Below are positions 1-10,245 of a stretch of DNA of 64,000 nt, in pieces. Within the stretch, counting starts at the first letter, position 1; each line of letters starts with the position of its first letter. The stretch is taken from contig SMSO01000031.1 of NCBI GenBank assembly GCA_004764695.1, positions 9,282,761 to 9,346,760 on the forward strand. Direction: 5' to 3'. The notes beneath the pieces were generated by a model. The model saw only the letters and a program-made list of their open reading frames with translations, did no database searches and had not been told where the DNA came from. The translations under genes were made by a program, and so were the position numbers. Origin of the DNA: Schizochytrium sp. TIO01 (lineage: Eukaryota; Protista; Bigyra: Labyrinthulomycetes).

Positions 1-30
1 TAGTACCTACTAATACAAATTCGCACACCA

Positions 31-149
31 CACTTAGGATTTAACCAATAAAATTTGCAAAACTTGCATTTCTAATAGTGACATGGGCTAAGGCCCAATC
101 GCGGGTTGAAAACTAACCCGCGACTCAAAGATAATTCTTAAATCATATT
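31..149 (-). ncRNA. Candidate omega (right-end) RNA scaffold of copy 1
   Basis: Non-coding and conserved with 61852-61980. It has a perfect 9-bp stem (99-107 TCGCGGGTT / 115-123 AACCCGCGA) plus small hairpins GGGC-CUUA-GCCC and UGCAA-GUU-UUGCA. It lies directly downstream of the nuclease remnant. Expression is not shown. Confidence 0.55.
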
Positions 150-470
150 CTAAGATAGGTAGCGCAAAAGGATGCCTCTCGGCGGCGTGATATCATGACC
201 GGCTACGTGTTTGCATTTGAGGTTTATGAAAACCTTGGGTAATACCACATTCATTGTATCATTTTGAGAAATATAATTTTCTCGGCAAATAACATGTTTA
301 CACTAAATAAAAAGCTCGGTTTTCTGAAAGAGCACTTGACGAAAGCTAAAATGACCCCAATGAGATATTATTCGAACCGTCTTGCATTTGATCCATCTTG
401 ACCATTCTGGAGGTTTCAAATTTATATAACCTTCGTTTTCACCAAAAAGCCAAAGTGCAAGCTTGCGGTG
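150..470 (-). pseudogene. Decayed C-terminal fragment of a TnpB/Fanzor2 nuclease (RuvC-II region, Zn finger, RuvC-III)
   Basis: Across frames it reads HRKLALWLF / KFETSRMVK / IKCKTVRIISHWGHFSFRQVLFQKTE / VICRENYISQ / NECG / KVFINLKCKHVAGHDI..RGILLRYLS*. The stop is at 150-152. Confidence 0.85.
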
Positions 471-480
471 AACCTCAAAA

Positions 481-844
481 ATCCAGTAAGGGGCGCAAGC
501 CTGGCCTTTTGAAGTTGACTACTCCACAGATGTCTTTGTATACAGCTGTGGCATTTGGATAGTCTCGCTGGAGGCCACCAATCTAGCATTTGAGATTATC
601 TTTTTGCTTGGCGGAGGGCACTCTGGCGTAAACAATGCTACGGTTAGTGGTACGTTGCTCGCCGGAACCGGAATGCAGCCATAGGTACGCTCAACGTTGT
701 CAGATGTATATGTGCAGTTGCCTCCGGAGAAGAGCCCGAAGAGTACTTGCTGAGACGCTAAACTTCCGGTTGAAGTACTTTGATAATTTGAATTGAAGGT
801 TTGCTTCACTTGTAGTGTTTGGAGCTTGATGGTTCCTTGGTCAT
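481..844 (-). pseudogene. tnpA: Decayed IS607-family serine recombinase (TnpA), HTH plus catalytic N-terminal part
   Basis: Manual translation gives KYFNRKFSVSASTLR / FSGGNCTYTSDNVER / SIVYARVPSAKQKDNLKC*IGGLQRDYPNATAVYKDICGVVNFKRPGLRPLLD. This matches the IS607 TnpA pattern YARVSSxxQKxDLxRQ...DIGSGxNFKRxGL. It has frameshifts and a stop. Confidence 0.88.
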
Positions 845-2356
845 GTCATATTCTTACCTAGCCTCCACTTCTTAAATAGTTATAAAGTATCATTTATATG
901 GCTGTGAAATATAAAGTACCTTTTATTAGTAGGCTTTATAATAAGCACAGTCTTACTTTTCATTCATCCCTTAGTCATTGCAAGTATGTTAGTATTTGTG
1001 TTAGACAGTAGCGCAAATTAACATGCAGAGACGCAGAAGTGGTCACCTTGCTTTCCTTTTCACTTGGGCATTACTACTTCCACTATCCGAAACGAAAGAA
1101 TTAGTGGCAAACATAAAACAAAAGCCAAGCAAGAACTGAGCGCATCCAAAAAAGCAATATTTTCTTTTTTTAATTTGAAAAAGGAGGGAAAGGAAAACCA
1201 TGTCGACCTCAATGTAAGACGTGAGACGTGTAGATATTGAGGTTCTGCTGAAAAAAATGCACATTTCTATGGTTCTAACTTAAGGATGCTACCATGGTAT
1301 ATTCAAGCATGCATTTAAACAATATACTATTTCAGAGACAGGCAATGACCTAATATGCAATCTCCTACCTAGTCAGAGGTTTCCTAATTCGAGTCAGTCA
1401 TTCTACTTGGGTAAAAACTCAATTTAATGGATATCACACAAGTTGGAAGGCACCATGGGATGACAGCGAGTAAAATGTGCGATATTGTCATTGTCGTAAG
1501 ACCTGACCAGAAAAGTAATCATAGATAGTCAGGGCGTTCGTTTTGCTACCTAGAAGATATCGGCATTCCTCCTCAAAGTTGCTCAGCAGATCAACGTCTA
1601 GGTACTACTTTTATACAACTCTAATACATCCAGTAGATAAGTTTATACGTAGTGGGAAGGGGTTCAACAAACAGACTTGTTCATATGCTGAGGAAAAGAC
1701 GCAAAGTATGCATTCTCCTGAATTGTTTGACGAACGGCACTGTCGAATGTCACCAGAACAACCAAAACATTCCAATTCTATTGAGCCACCTTATGTAGTG
1801 TTGATTAGAACCAATGCCTACCACCTTAATCGCTATTAAGAAATGTAAATAACAACGCGAAATGCAATCTTTGAGCCACTATAATGCAATTGTGTCAATT
1901 GGATTAATAGGATAAAATTTGCGAAAGCCAATGCATAGTGAAGGCTCTGTGCTGTACACACTCTTATAGTAGTTGTGATATGAGATTCTTCAGATTCTGG
2001 ATTACCTCTTCACAGTCCTGGGAGGTTTTATATTCGTAACAATTGTTGGCAAATGCGTAACAGAGTGTCTCTTATCGAAGAACACTCTCACTAGTTAGAG
2101 GCACCTAATGGTTCTTTCACATGCGCAGAAAGCCCAAGCCAAATCAAATCATCATTCCTGTAACCATTTCTCTAAAACTAAGTATCTCTACCTACTGGTC
2201 ACGGCACACGTAGTTCAGAAGGCTAGCACAGAAAGCGGCAACACTCCTCTCGCAAGTTGATTGCAGGAATCTACTAGTAATTATTTTATTATATATATTC
2301 ATTTTTATTTGTTTATATATTTTTTAATAAAAAATTTAAATAATATATCTGTATAT

Positions 2357-2381
2357 ATCATCATCATCATCATCATCATCA
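2357..2381. repeat. (ATC)n microsatellite
   Basis: Visible ATC tandem run. Confidence 0.9.
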
Positions 2382-3001
2382 TATGTTAACATTCTGTTTA
2401 CATTTAGAAAACCTACCAAGACCTGATAAAGCTGTTTGCTTATTAGTAGTAATATAGTACTACTATTATGCTAATCCATTACTACCTACCTACCATACCA
2501 TTTTCTACCATAGTCAGTAATGGCAGTAACCAGTAAATAAATTACTTATAAGCAAGGAATCAGTCTTGGGGGTTCTGGAATGGGGTAAACTATTTGTTGC
2601 GCCCGAAACTCCATTGCTGTGCTACATATTAGTAAAGAAGTTTTACCACCATTTCTTTAACCCGTCGAGTAATAGGCACATAGGTGGTAATTAGTAGCTA
2701 CTCCTACGGCATAGCACTAGTAGTAGGTTGCGTTCTCTATATAAACTAGGTAGTGCCACATACATAGCTCCTATGACAATAAGAATGTTCTAGTACATAC
2801 CCGTTTTTTTAAATTAATTTTTTACTCTTCAAATTGGGATTGAGAAAATGACAACCGACAACAAAAGTCCATCGAAGGCAAACCAATAACCCGACATTAA
2901 ACGCTGCAAGCTAGCAAGGAAGCAGCCTTCCAGCAAGCAAGTAAACGCAGTACCAAGTCAAATATAGCCAAGGAAACACGATAGAGTTACGAAAAGGGAA
3001 C

Positions 3002-4567
3002 ATGTCTTGTCCTTGCGCTCACGACCACGGCAAAGACCAACTACAGGCCGATGGAAGCCTGCCGATCTCGTCTCTCGATGATGTTGCGGCACAGATCCGT
3101 CGTGAATGTGCTGAGCAAACACCCGGAACCGCAGAGGCCTTTGAGGCAGCCACGAAAGCTGCAATGGAGGCAGAGCGTGCCGCTAATCGCAAGAAAAAAA
3201 CTATCTCCCAGGCTACATTTGATGAAGTCGTAGATGAAAATGTGGAGGAATTCGGACTTGATCTTGAGGAAGCAATGAAAGACGCTGTGGAGCAATTTAC
3301 ACAACAAGGAGTGGATCTGTCTACCCTTGTAACCACGCCAGAAGAGCGCGAAGTCGACCAGCGCGTGCAAAGTGACGTCAAAAACCTGGAAGAGACATTC
3401 AACGATCCAGCCTGTACTGCGGCTACCCTCGTTCCGCTTCTAGACCACCTAGCAGAAACATGCCAACTCGGCGCACCTCAACGCAAAGCTGCAGGACGTC
3501 ATGGCGCAGTTGGTGCTACAACCTTTGTATGCAAGAAATTTTCTCAAGATGAGCTTGTTGTCCTTGCTGCTTTGCGCCTGTTGGAGATTCTTGTCCAGAA
3601 CTTTGAGAATCGTGAGATTATTCCTTTGCAAGGCGCCGAAGCTGTTATTGAATGCCTTAGCCATCACGAAGCAAACGCGGCTATCCAACGTGCTGGATTT
3701 GCAGCACTTGCAACCTGTATTACCAAGCATGAAGCCAACAAACGGAACTTCAAGGATGCTCAAGTTAACGGTCGGATTCTTCATTGTCTGCATAATCATC
3801 AAGATAACCATGATGCAATTGCTGCAACGTGCCGCTTTCTTCGTATTTATTTAAGTGATGATGACAGGCGACCTGGCGTCCAGCCAGGTACCTTTGTGCG
3901 TGCCCGTGAGCTTGGGGAGGATTACTATCGGGGAGCGTTGTCCGCCTTGGTGAGCGTTCTTGCTCGGGAGGAGTCCTTGGCAGACCAAAACAAGGTGGTT
4001 GTTTTGTTTTCGACCCTTCGCTCAGTTGCTGTGAACGATCTTATTTGCAAACACTTTGCAAATGAAGGAGGACTAGAAGCCTCTTTGCTTGCCTTTGAGG
4101 CGCACGTAACAGAGGAGCTTGTGGCTGCCCAAGCGTGTATGCTTCTAAAGACTGTCACACGTAATGACGACATAAAGCGAACTGTTGGCAAAGGCAAGGG
4201 CCTTGGACTTCTCTTACGTGCTCTTGAGACTCATGGAAATTCATCGCGTGTAGCAGAGCAAGCTCTTGCATGCCTGTCGGTTCTCTGCCTCCGCCAGCCC
4301 GAGAACTGTGAAAAAATTGCCAACCTGGGCTCTCTTCAACTCATTAGTGCTGCAATGACCCAGCATCCTAACGAGGCTGGTGTTCAGCGTCAGGCTATCT
4401 CAACTCTCCGCAATATGGTCTCGAGCTGGCAGAACAAAGATCTTTGTGGTCAGATTCTGGACCATGGAGCGGAGGACCTAATTCGCAAGGCCCGTGCTTC
4501 TCATCCCTTTTGCGAAGATGTAGCCTACGCAGCTCTTCGCGATCTTGGTTGCTCTTATCATGCATGA
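3002..4567 (+). CDS. ARMC6: Armadillo repeat-containing protein 6
   Basis: 521-aa ORF. It has the ARMC6 N-terminal motif ISQATFDEVVDENVEEFGLDLEEAMKDAVEQFTQQGVDLS, ARM-like helical repeats, DDDRR and NDDIK motifs, and the C-terminal AALRDLG. Confidence 0.88.
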   Translation: MSCPCAHDHGKDQLQADGSLPISSLDDVAAQIRRECAEQTPGTAEAFEAATKAAMEAERAANRKKKTISQATFDEVVDENVEEFGLDLEEAMKDAVEQFTQQGVDLSTLVTTPEEREVDQRVQSDVKNLEETFNDPACTAATLVPLLDHLAETCQLGAPQRKAAGRHGAVGATTFVCKKFSQDELVVLAALRLLEILVQNFENREIIPLQGAEAVIECLSHHEANAAIQRAGFAALATCITKHEANKRNFKDAQVNGRILHCLHNHQDNHDAIAATCRFLRIYLSDDDRRPGVQPGTFVRARELGEDYYRGALSALVSVLAREESLADQNKVVVLFSTLRSVAVNDLICKHFANEGGLEASLLAFEAHVTEELVAAQACMLLKTVTRNDDIKRTVGKGKGLGLLLRALETHGNSSRVAEQALACLSVLCLRQPENCEKIANLGSLQLISAAMTQHPNEAGVQRQAISTLRNMVSSWQNKDLCGQILDHGAEDLIRKARASHPFCEDVAYAALRDLGCSYHA

Positions 4568-4964
4568 TGTGCAGTAAGAACGCATCATTTTAGTTGGGGA
4601 ACTTACTCTTCGCAGCGATTTGTTTAGTTTCCAAACTGTGTACAAGCAAGTCGGTCTTATTCACCTAGTTTATACTATTATAATGGACGAACGAGGACAA
4701 ACACTTTCAAACCATTTTGTGTATATATGCATGCATGCCGATTGGATCTTTTCTTTGATGTTCACGTGTTTTGTTTTGTTTAAAATAAAAAATTGATTTG
4801 GATTTTTTTTCTTGTTATATTAATTCATGTCTTCTATCTCTGATTGGCATTCAAATTATATTATATATATAATGATAAAATAGAATTAAGATATGAATAT
4901 TATTGTCGATTACATATTGATACATAGTTTGAACGGACATGACAGTCTGTAGGAAAGCTGGGGT

Positions 4965-6293
4965 TTAACCATTTCGATCCAAAAAGGACAATATGAGCTC
5001 CCAAATGTCTCGTGGCAGAAACGTGAGAGATAGCAAGTACTTCGCCTTTTCGCGAAACTGCTTGGGGAAAAGATGCGATGACCCTGGCTGCCATGGCATA
5101 GTCAGGCCTGCACACAGATCGCTCACAATATCTTTATCAACTGGCAGTCCATACAATATGTGGGATTTTTGTGCTAGAGAAATGGCGTTTGCGCTCCCAT
5201 GAGGCGATATGAAAACGTCCGACCGGAGTACTGCATGGAGCACCTCTATATCCCGGGCCTCTACACAGCGTTGCAGTGGCGAGCGTGCAGCTGTGTCGCT
5301 TAAAAACATCACCAAGGCACGGCTCTCAAGCTCTCTTGCTAAAGAAAGAGGGGTGATTTCTAAAAAGTTGCGTTGTAGTGCATCTGCGCCATAAACGCAT
5401 AAAATTCTGCACACGTCCAAATGTCTTTGATGTACCCCAATGATCAATGCACTCACCCCTTCGTGGAATGAAACATTCGGGTCGGCACCATCCTTTAGCA
5501 GCTGTCTTACAGCTTCTGCCCAGCCTTTATAAACAGCATATAATAGTGCAAAATCCCGTACTTCTTGGTGTATTTCTTTACCACAAGGACGACTGAAGAA
5601 CATGCTTCCTACATGGTCTCGGTTGCCTTTGATAGGGAAATTGCATAGTTCGCTCCAAGCATAGCATACCTCATAGACTTGAGAAGAGTTCATTCCCCTC
5701 TTCAACACAGAAAAAACATCCATGAATCTGTCTGCATTAAATATGTCACCAGAGCAGTGACCCAGTGCAGGTTGCTTCAAGGTAAATGATGTTTCTTTTG
5801 ATCTATTAATATGTGCAGTGTCCTTCCAGGGCTCAGTCCAAATACCCTCGCCTGCACAGCCTAGAGGATATCTGCTTTTGAATACCAAGACAGAGCTCTC
5901 CAGGTAAGCTTCCTCAGCCTTAACAAAAGTAGACGAAATCATGTCTCTAATATACAAAGACTGTCTACGTGTCTGTTTCTGTGAAGAGGTGATATAAGCG
6001 TGGTGCGAATGCGCTCTGGTGTCTCGTCGGTTGATTTTATGTTTGTGAAAATCTTCGTCTTCTTGATCTTCTACGTCCTCTGTGCCAGGATGAGTACTCG
6101 CGTCACACCTTGCCATCAAGTTCGTAAAGCAGGTCTCCCTTTCTGTCCACCGGACATGGCCTTCACTTCGTCTGCGTTGGTGCCGCCCTCGAGGGGAACA
6201 ACTCAAGTGTGAAGGTGAGCCATCGTTCAGAGCATGCAACATCTGAGCTTGTACTCTTGCATGCATCTCTTTGCCAGACTTACTTGCGTCCAT
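4965..6293 (-). CDS. Ankyrin-repeat protein with a C-terminal F-box-like motif
   Basis: 442-aa ORF with ankyrin repeats (ALLYAVYKGWAEAVRQLLKDGADPN, SALIIGVHQRHLDVCRILCVYGAD, TPLSLA). The C-terminus is PWQPGSSHLFP...LPRDIWELILSFL. Confidence 0.8.
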   Translation of the reverse strand: MDASKSGKEMHARVQAQMLHALNDGSPSHLSCSPRGRHQRRRSEGHVRWTERETCFTNLMARCDASTHPGTEDVEDQEDEDFHKHKINRRDTRAHSHHAYITSSQKQTRRQSLYIRDMISSTFVKAEEAYLESSVLVFKSRYPLGCAGEGIWTEPWKDTAHINRSKETSFTLKQPALGHCSGDIFNADRFMDVFSVLKRGMNSSQVYEVCYAWSELCNFPIKGNRDHVGSMFFSRPCGKEIHQEVRDFALLYAVYKGWAEAVRQLLKDGADPNVSFHEGVSALIIGVHQRHLDVCRILCVYGADALQRNFLEITPLSLARELESRALVMFLSDTAARSPLQRCVEARDIEVLHAVLRSDVFISPHGSANAISLAQKSHILYGLPVDKDIVSDLCAGLTMPWQPGSSHLFPKQFREKAKYLLSLTFLPRDIWELILSFLDRNG

Positions 6294-6949
6294 TGCTGCC
6301 CTGGAAATGTTTTTGTCGCAGTCAAGTGTTCTCGTTTTGCAGACAAATTCTTTCTTCTGAGTCTTTCCTTCTTCTTCTCTTCTTCCTTACCTTTTCTCCT
6401 TCAAGTTGTTTTCCCGCTTTTTATAAAAGTCATTCTTATTTTGCTAGTGTTTCGTTGGAGAGCCGAGAGCTAAGCTCCAATTAAGCGAGATCTATATAAA
6501 TGATACCTACGTTTTTTCTGTACCAATTTTTAACTTTTAATTTATTTTTTTAATATAATACCTGTTACTAGATACCAACAACACCTACTAGCTAGAGACG
6601 AAATTGGTAGGTTTTTGAAGTCTTAATCTTAGTATCACTCCCAAAATCAGGGCCTACTCCTATCAATCCTTTTACTTGGGTAAATATCTCAGGTTAAAAC
6701 AAATCACTCGCACCTCCCCGTCAAGCAAAATATAGCTTCATGTGATATACTTACTTTTTATTTTTAGTTATATTTCAAACACAAAAACACAGAGTCGGAT
6801 TCATTTCCATTTGATTTTGCATTACTGGTGCATACCGGACCTAACAGAATCACTCATCAGAGGCCCTTCTTTGAAAAAGGATTCAAATTCTACTCAAGTC
6901 AAAGCATGCACACTAGGTCTAATACCTCCCAGTCGATCGTTTTTTATTT

Positions 6950-7750
6950 CCCTTACTCAGTCTGAAACAAGATTCTTGATGTGGAGAAGAACCTGAGTTA
7001 TTGGAGGGGAAAGAACAAGAAGATATCCTTCGACCTACCTCGAATTTTCTTATAATTTGAGTTTCACTTGCGTCAATGCCGCTGAAGATTAAACTAGACA
7101 GCTAGAGGTTGACTATGAAAATGAATGCAAGAGACTCCAGGAAAGCTTGAAGAAGGCTTAGGAAGACTTGATTAACTTTGGCTTTAAGAATTTGCGATTT
7201 ACTGTCTCAAATAATTATATGATAAATATATTCCTATTGTAATTAGGAGACTACAACAGACTTGACATTTACTCGTCACAATTGAAAAGGTTAGGTTGAC
7301 TTGCCTCTTCAAACATCAACTCAAGTTAAATGAAGTACCAGGAGAATCCGTATGTACACTTTCAGTTTTCGTCTATCTTGAGTCCACAACCTAAGTTCTA
7401 AGCCTATCTATGTAAACCCTAGATCCTTGAAGGCTTAGAATCGAACGCGAAGAACTCTAGGAATATTTTCTCCACTGGTTCTTTTGATTTGAAATCTCAA
7501 CATATAATGCGAAACTCATAGCCAACTTTAGAAATTAAAATTTTGCAACAATTTCATAACCACCGTAGATCAAGAAGGCTATCTTGTCTGCCTTTAAATT
7601 ACCAATTTAAAGTGTAGCTGAGAAACGATTACATCACCTGTTGCCACGAATAGTTTGATAGATGTCGCACGTGTCACAGTGCTAGAGTACATTCATTTGG
7701 AACTAGAGGATTTCGAACGCCTAATCTTCTTGACTTTAAAAGCAAATTAC
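6950..7750 (+). pseudogene. Decayed dispersed coding repeat (possibly LRR-like), copy A
   Basis: 7080-7195 resembles 12465-12575 and the reverse complement of 62340-62470. 7385-7500 resembles 12640-12720, 12800-12920 and the reverse complement of 62033-62160. There are many stops and the boundaries are approximate. Confidence 0.5.
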
Positions 7751-10215
7751 AAGACATATATATGAATCAGCCATATAGGATCTACCCTATGTAAAACCAT
7801 ATATATCATTGAATTATTTTGATTGAACTAAAATGCTTAATTGTATTAGATTTTTGGCGAAAGATGCGAGACCAAGGAACTATATGTCAAATGCTATGAA
7901 CGTGTACCGATACAAGGGTACAGATTAATTACATCCGAAAAGGAAATTAAACGAGCATATTGACCAAAATGATATATTGACTATAGAGCTTACTAAACCC
8001 TAAACGAAGCATCTCACGAGATTGCAGCTACTTGATCTAACCAGAAGCTAAGAGGTACATAGGATTGGGCCTACTCTGGCCCACTAGACCTAATTCACAT
8101 GTTAGACTCCTTTTGAAAAGGTAGATGTTCGCAAATCAAAACTATATTTTGTTTTAAGATTATTCTTTTATTAAGTTATTCTTTTTCTTTCTTTCTTTCT
8201 TTCTTTTATACTGATGGGGTTTGTTTTTTGTTTTCCACTTGCATTTTTTTTCTTAGCAGAAGATTACTATTTCTTTAATTTCATACCAATATGAAACTCT
8301 TCGCAACTTCGATAAGTGTTATGGATTGATCAAAGAAGCGCAATAGACCATTACTATTCAAGTCCCTCGATACTGCACCTGATCACCGTAGTTTCTTTAA
8401 CTTTCTTAATACCACAATTTTCCTGGCACTTTGTTGCGAATACTAGTTATTTTTATTCTCCACTTTATCATACCATCCGGTCAATAGAAAACTCAATTGC
8501 GGGAAAGCTGTCCGATTCGACAATCTTTTGACGAACAAGACACGATGGATGTATCTGTCCATTGAGAAAATTAGGCATGTGTTGAGTAATCAGGCAAGTT
8601 AGGTTCGAGTAAGAAGTCCAGGTCTGACTTTGATCGATGATATCATTAGTGTATAAAGACGTCGATTTTGTGGTTGACTATCAGGTTGATAGCGGATCAT
8701 GTGTGTAATTTTCATTTCCGTAAGGTAAACAAAATCTCTGACGCTTATTTCGTTTGTATATTGCGAATTGAACATATTTGTGACCTTTGGTGAACTCATT
8801 CAATAAGTAAATGAAAGCTACATAAATAGGGATACAGACATGCGTAAAAGTTATTTTGCTTTTCGTACAGGACACACCAAATAAAAGATATATAATAATA
8901 ATGATTGAGCTAGTTTTTATGATAATAAGCATTGTTATTTTAAGTGAAAAGTCAAGTTTTCTCTTGTTTTGTTTCGTTCTTTCTCTGCCTGCCCGACTTA
9001 ACTTAACAACCACTTCCACGTAAGATAATTAGTTAGTTAGTTAGTTACATTGTACTATTTTAGATTAATTTAATTTTTAAGAAAACTAGAAGTATCTTTT
9101 AATGGAAAATCTTTTAGACACCAGAGATTTCCTATTATCGTGCTCCCTATCGTGCGATAAGGAAATCGCACACTTCTCTAAGACAAAGCCTCACAGGCAA
9201 GCATACCCAAATCCCCCGGTTACTCACAACCGCTCGAGTCTCACCGACCACACCAGTCAGGACTCCTTATCCTATATTTAACTTACTCACACAAGCTTAG
9301 TTTTGTCAAAGAGCTGCGACTGCGTCCCACGCACGCTACCTCTTCGTTTACCCTTCTGAAGGCTAGCCGATCCTCCCACGGATCTGCGATTGCCACTCAA
9401 TCGACCAGGGATCATGACATCAGGTCGAGTGCTTCTATCTATGATTAGATTAGATTAACAAGTCAAAAGATTATGAAAACAGTCATTGTCAAGAAATGGA
9501 GGGAACTATGAAATTTTGAACTTTCTTTGTTGTATGAAAATACTGGATGGAGAAGTATATTCATAATAGCTGTAGCTATTCATTAATATAATAATATTGG
9601 TTCTTTTTACTGCCATCATGCAAAATTTGCTCTACTGTCCTTTTTGAAAATATACTACTTCATCTTCATTTTGAAATTTCATAGCATATGGCTGACTATC
9701 TGAATAATTTTGGTAGTGACATCATTTCTCTTCTTATTATATCATATGTACCACTCTAACTTAGCATCTTATCATTCTTCTTTTCAGCAGACACTTTTCC
9801 GTTCGGTCAAATCCAATTTACAGTTAATTGTCTCTTTAATCTTACAATTTAAATGAGAATATTTGATATAATTTACAAAATTATACAAAATAACAATAAA
9901 TTTAAAAATAATTATCAAAATTGAGAAAAAAAAATGATAAATTTAATAATTAGCTAAATATTTAATTAATTTGTATATATATTATATATTCGAATAATTT
10001 GCTAAGTGTTTACAATTCAGATTTGGTTAATGTAGGGATATATTTAGTTCAAAAATTGAGATGGGCAGTGCAGGCCTTACTGATATTAAAATTGATAAAA
10101 CCAGTTGTCTTTACTTTGAGACTATCTATATAGTTTGGCAGATTGTATTGACATGAACGGCCCCACATACATTAATTGTGCTCATAAATAGGTAACCTTG
10201 TTGTATACTATAGAC

Positions 10216-10245
10216 TTGAATTGAATTGAATTGAATTGAATTGAA
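10216..10245. repeat. (TTGAA)n pentanucleotide microsatellite
   Basis: Six tandem TTGAA units. Confidence 0.9.

Larger units (their letters stand above)
31..895 (-). mobile_element. Non-autonomous IS607-type (TnpA + TnpB/Fanzor2) element, copy 1
   Basis: The reverse complement aligns along its length with ~61110-61980 (about 80% identity in a ~95-nt block compared by eye). It contains decayed TnpA and TnpB/Fanzor peptide motifs and a hairpin-rich end. The left-end boundary is approximate. Confidence 0.88.

Noticed and set aside
519-809. 96-aa ORF as a real gene
   Set aside because: It is a largely out-of-frame reading of the decayed TnpA.
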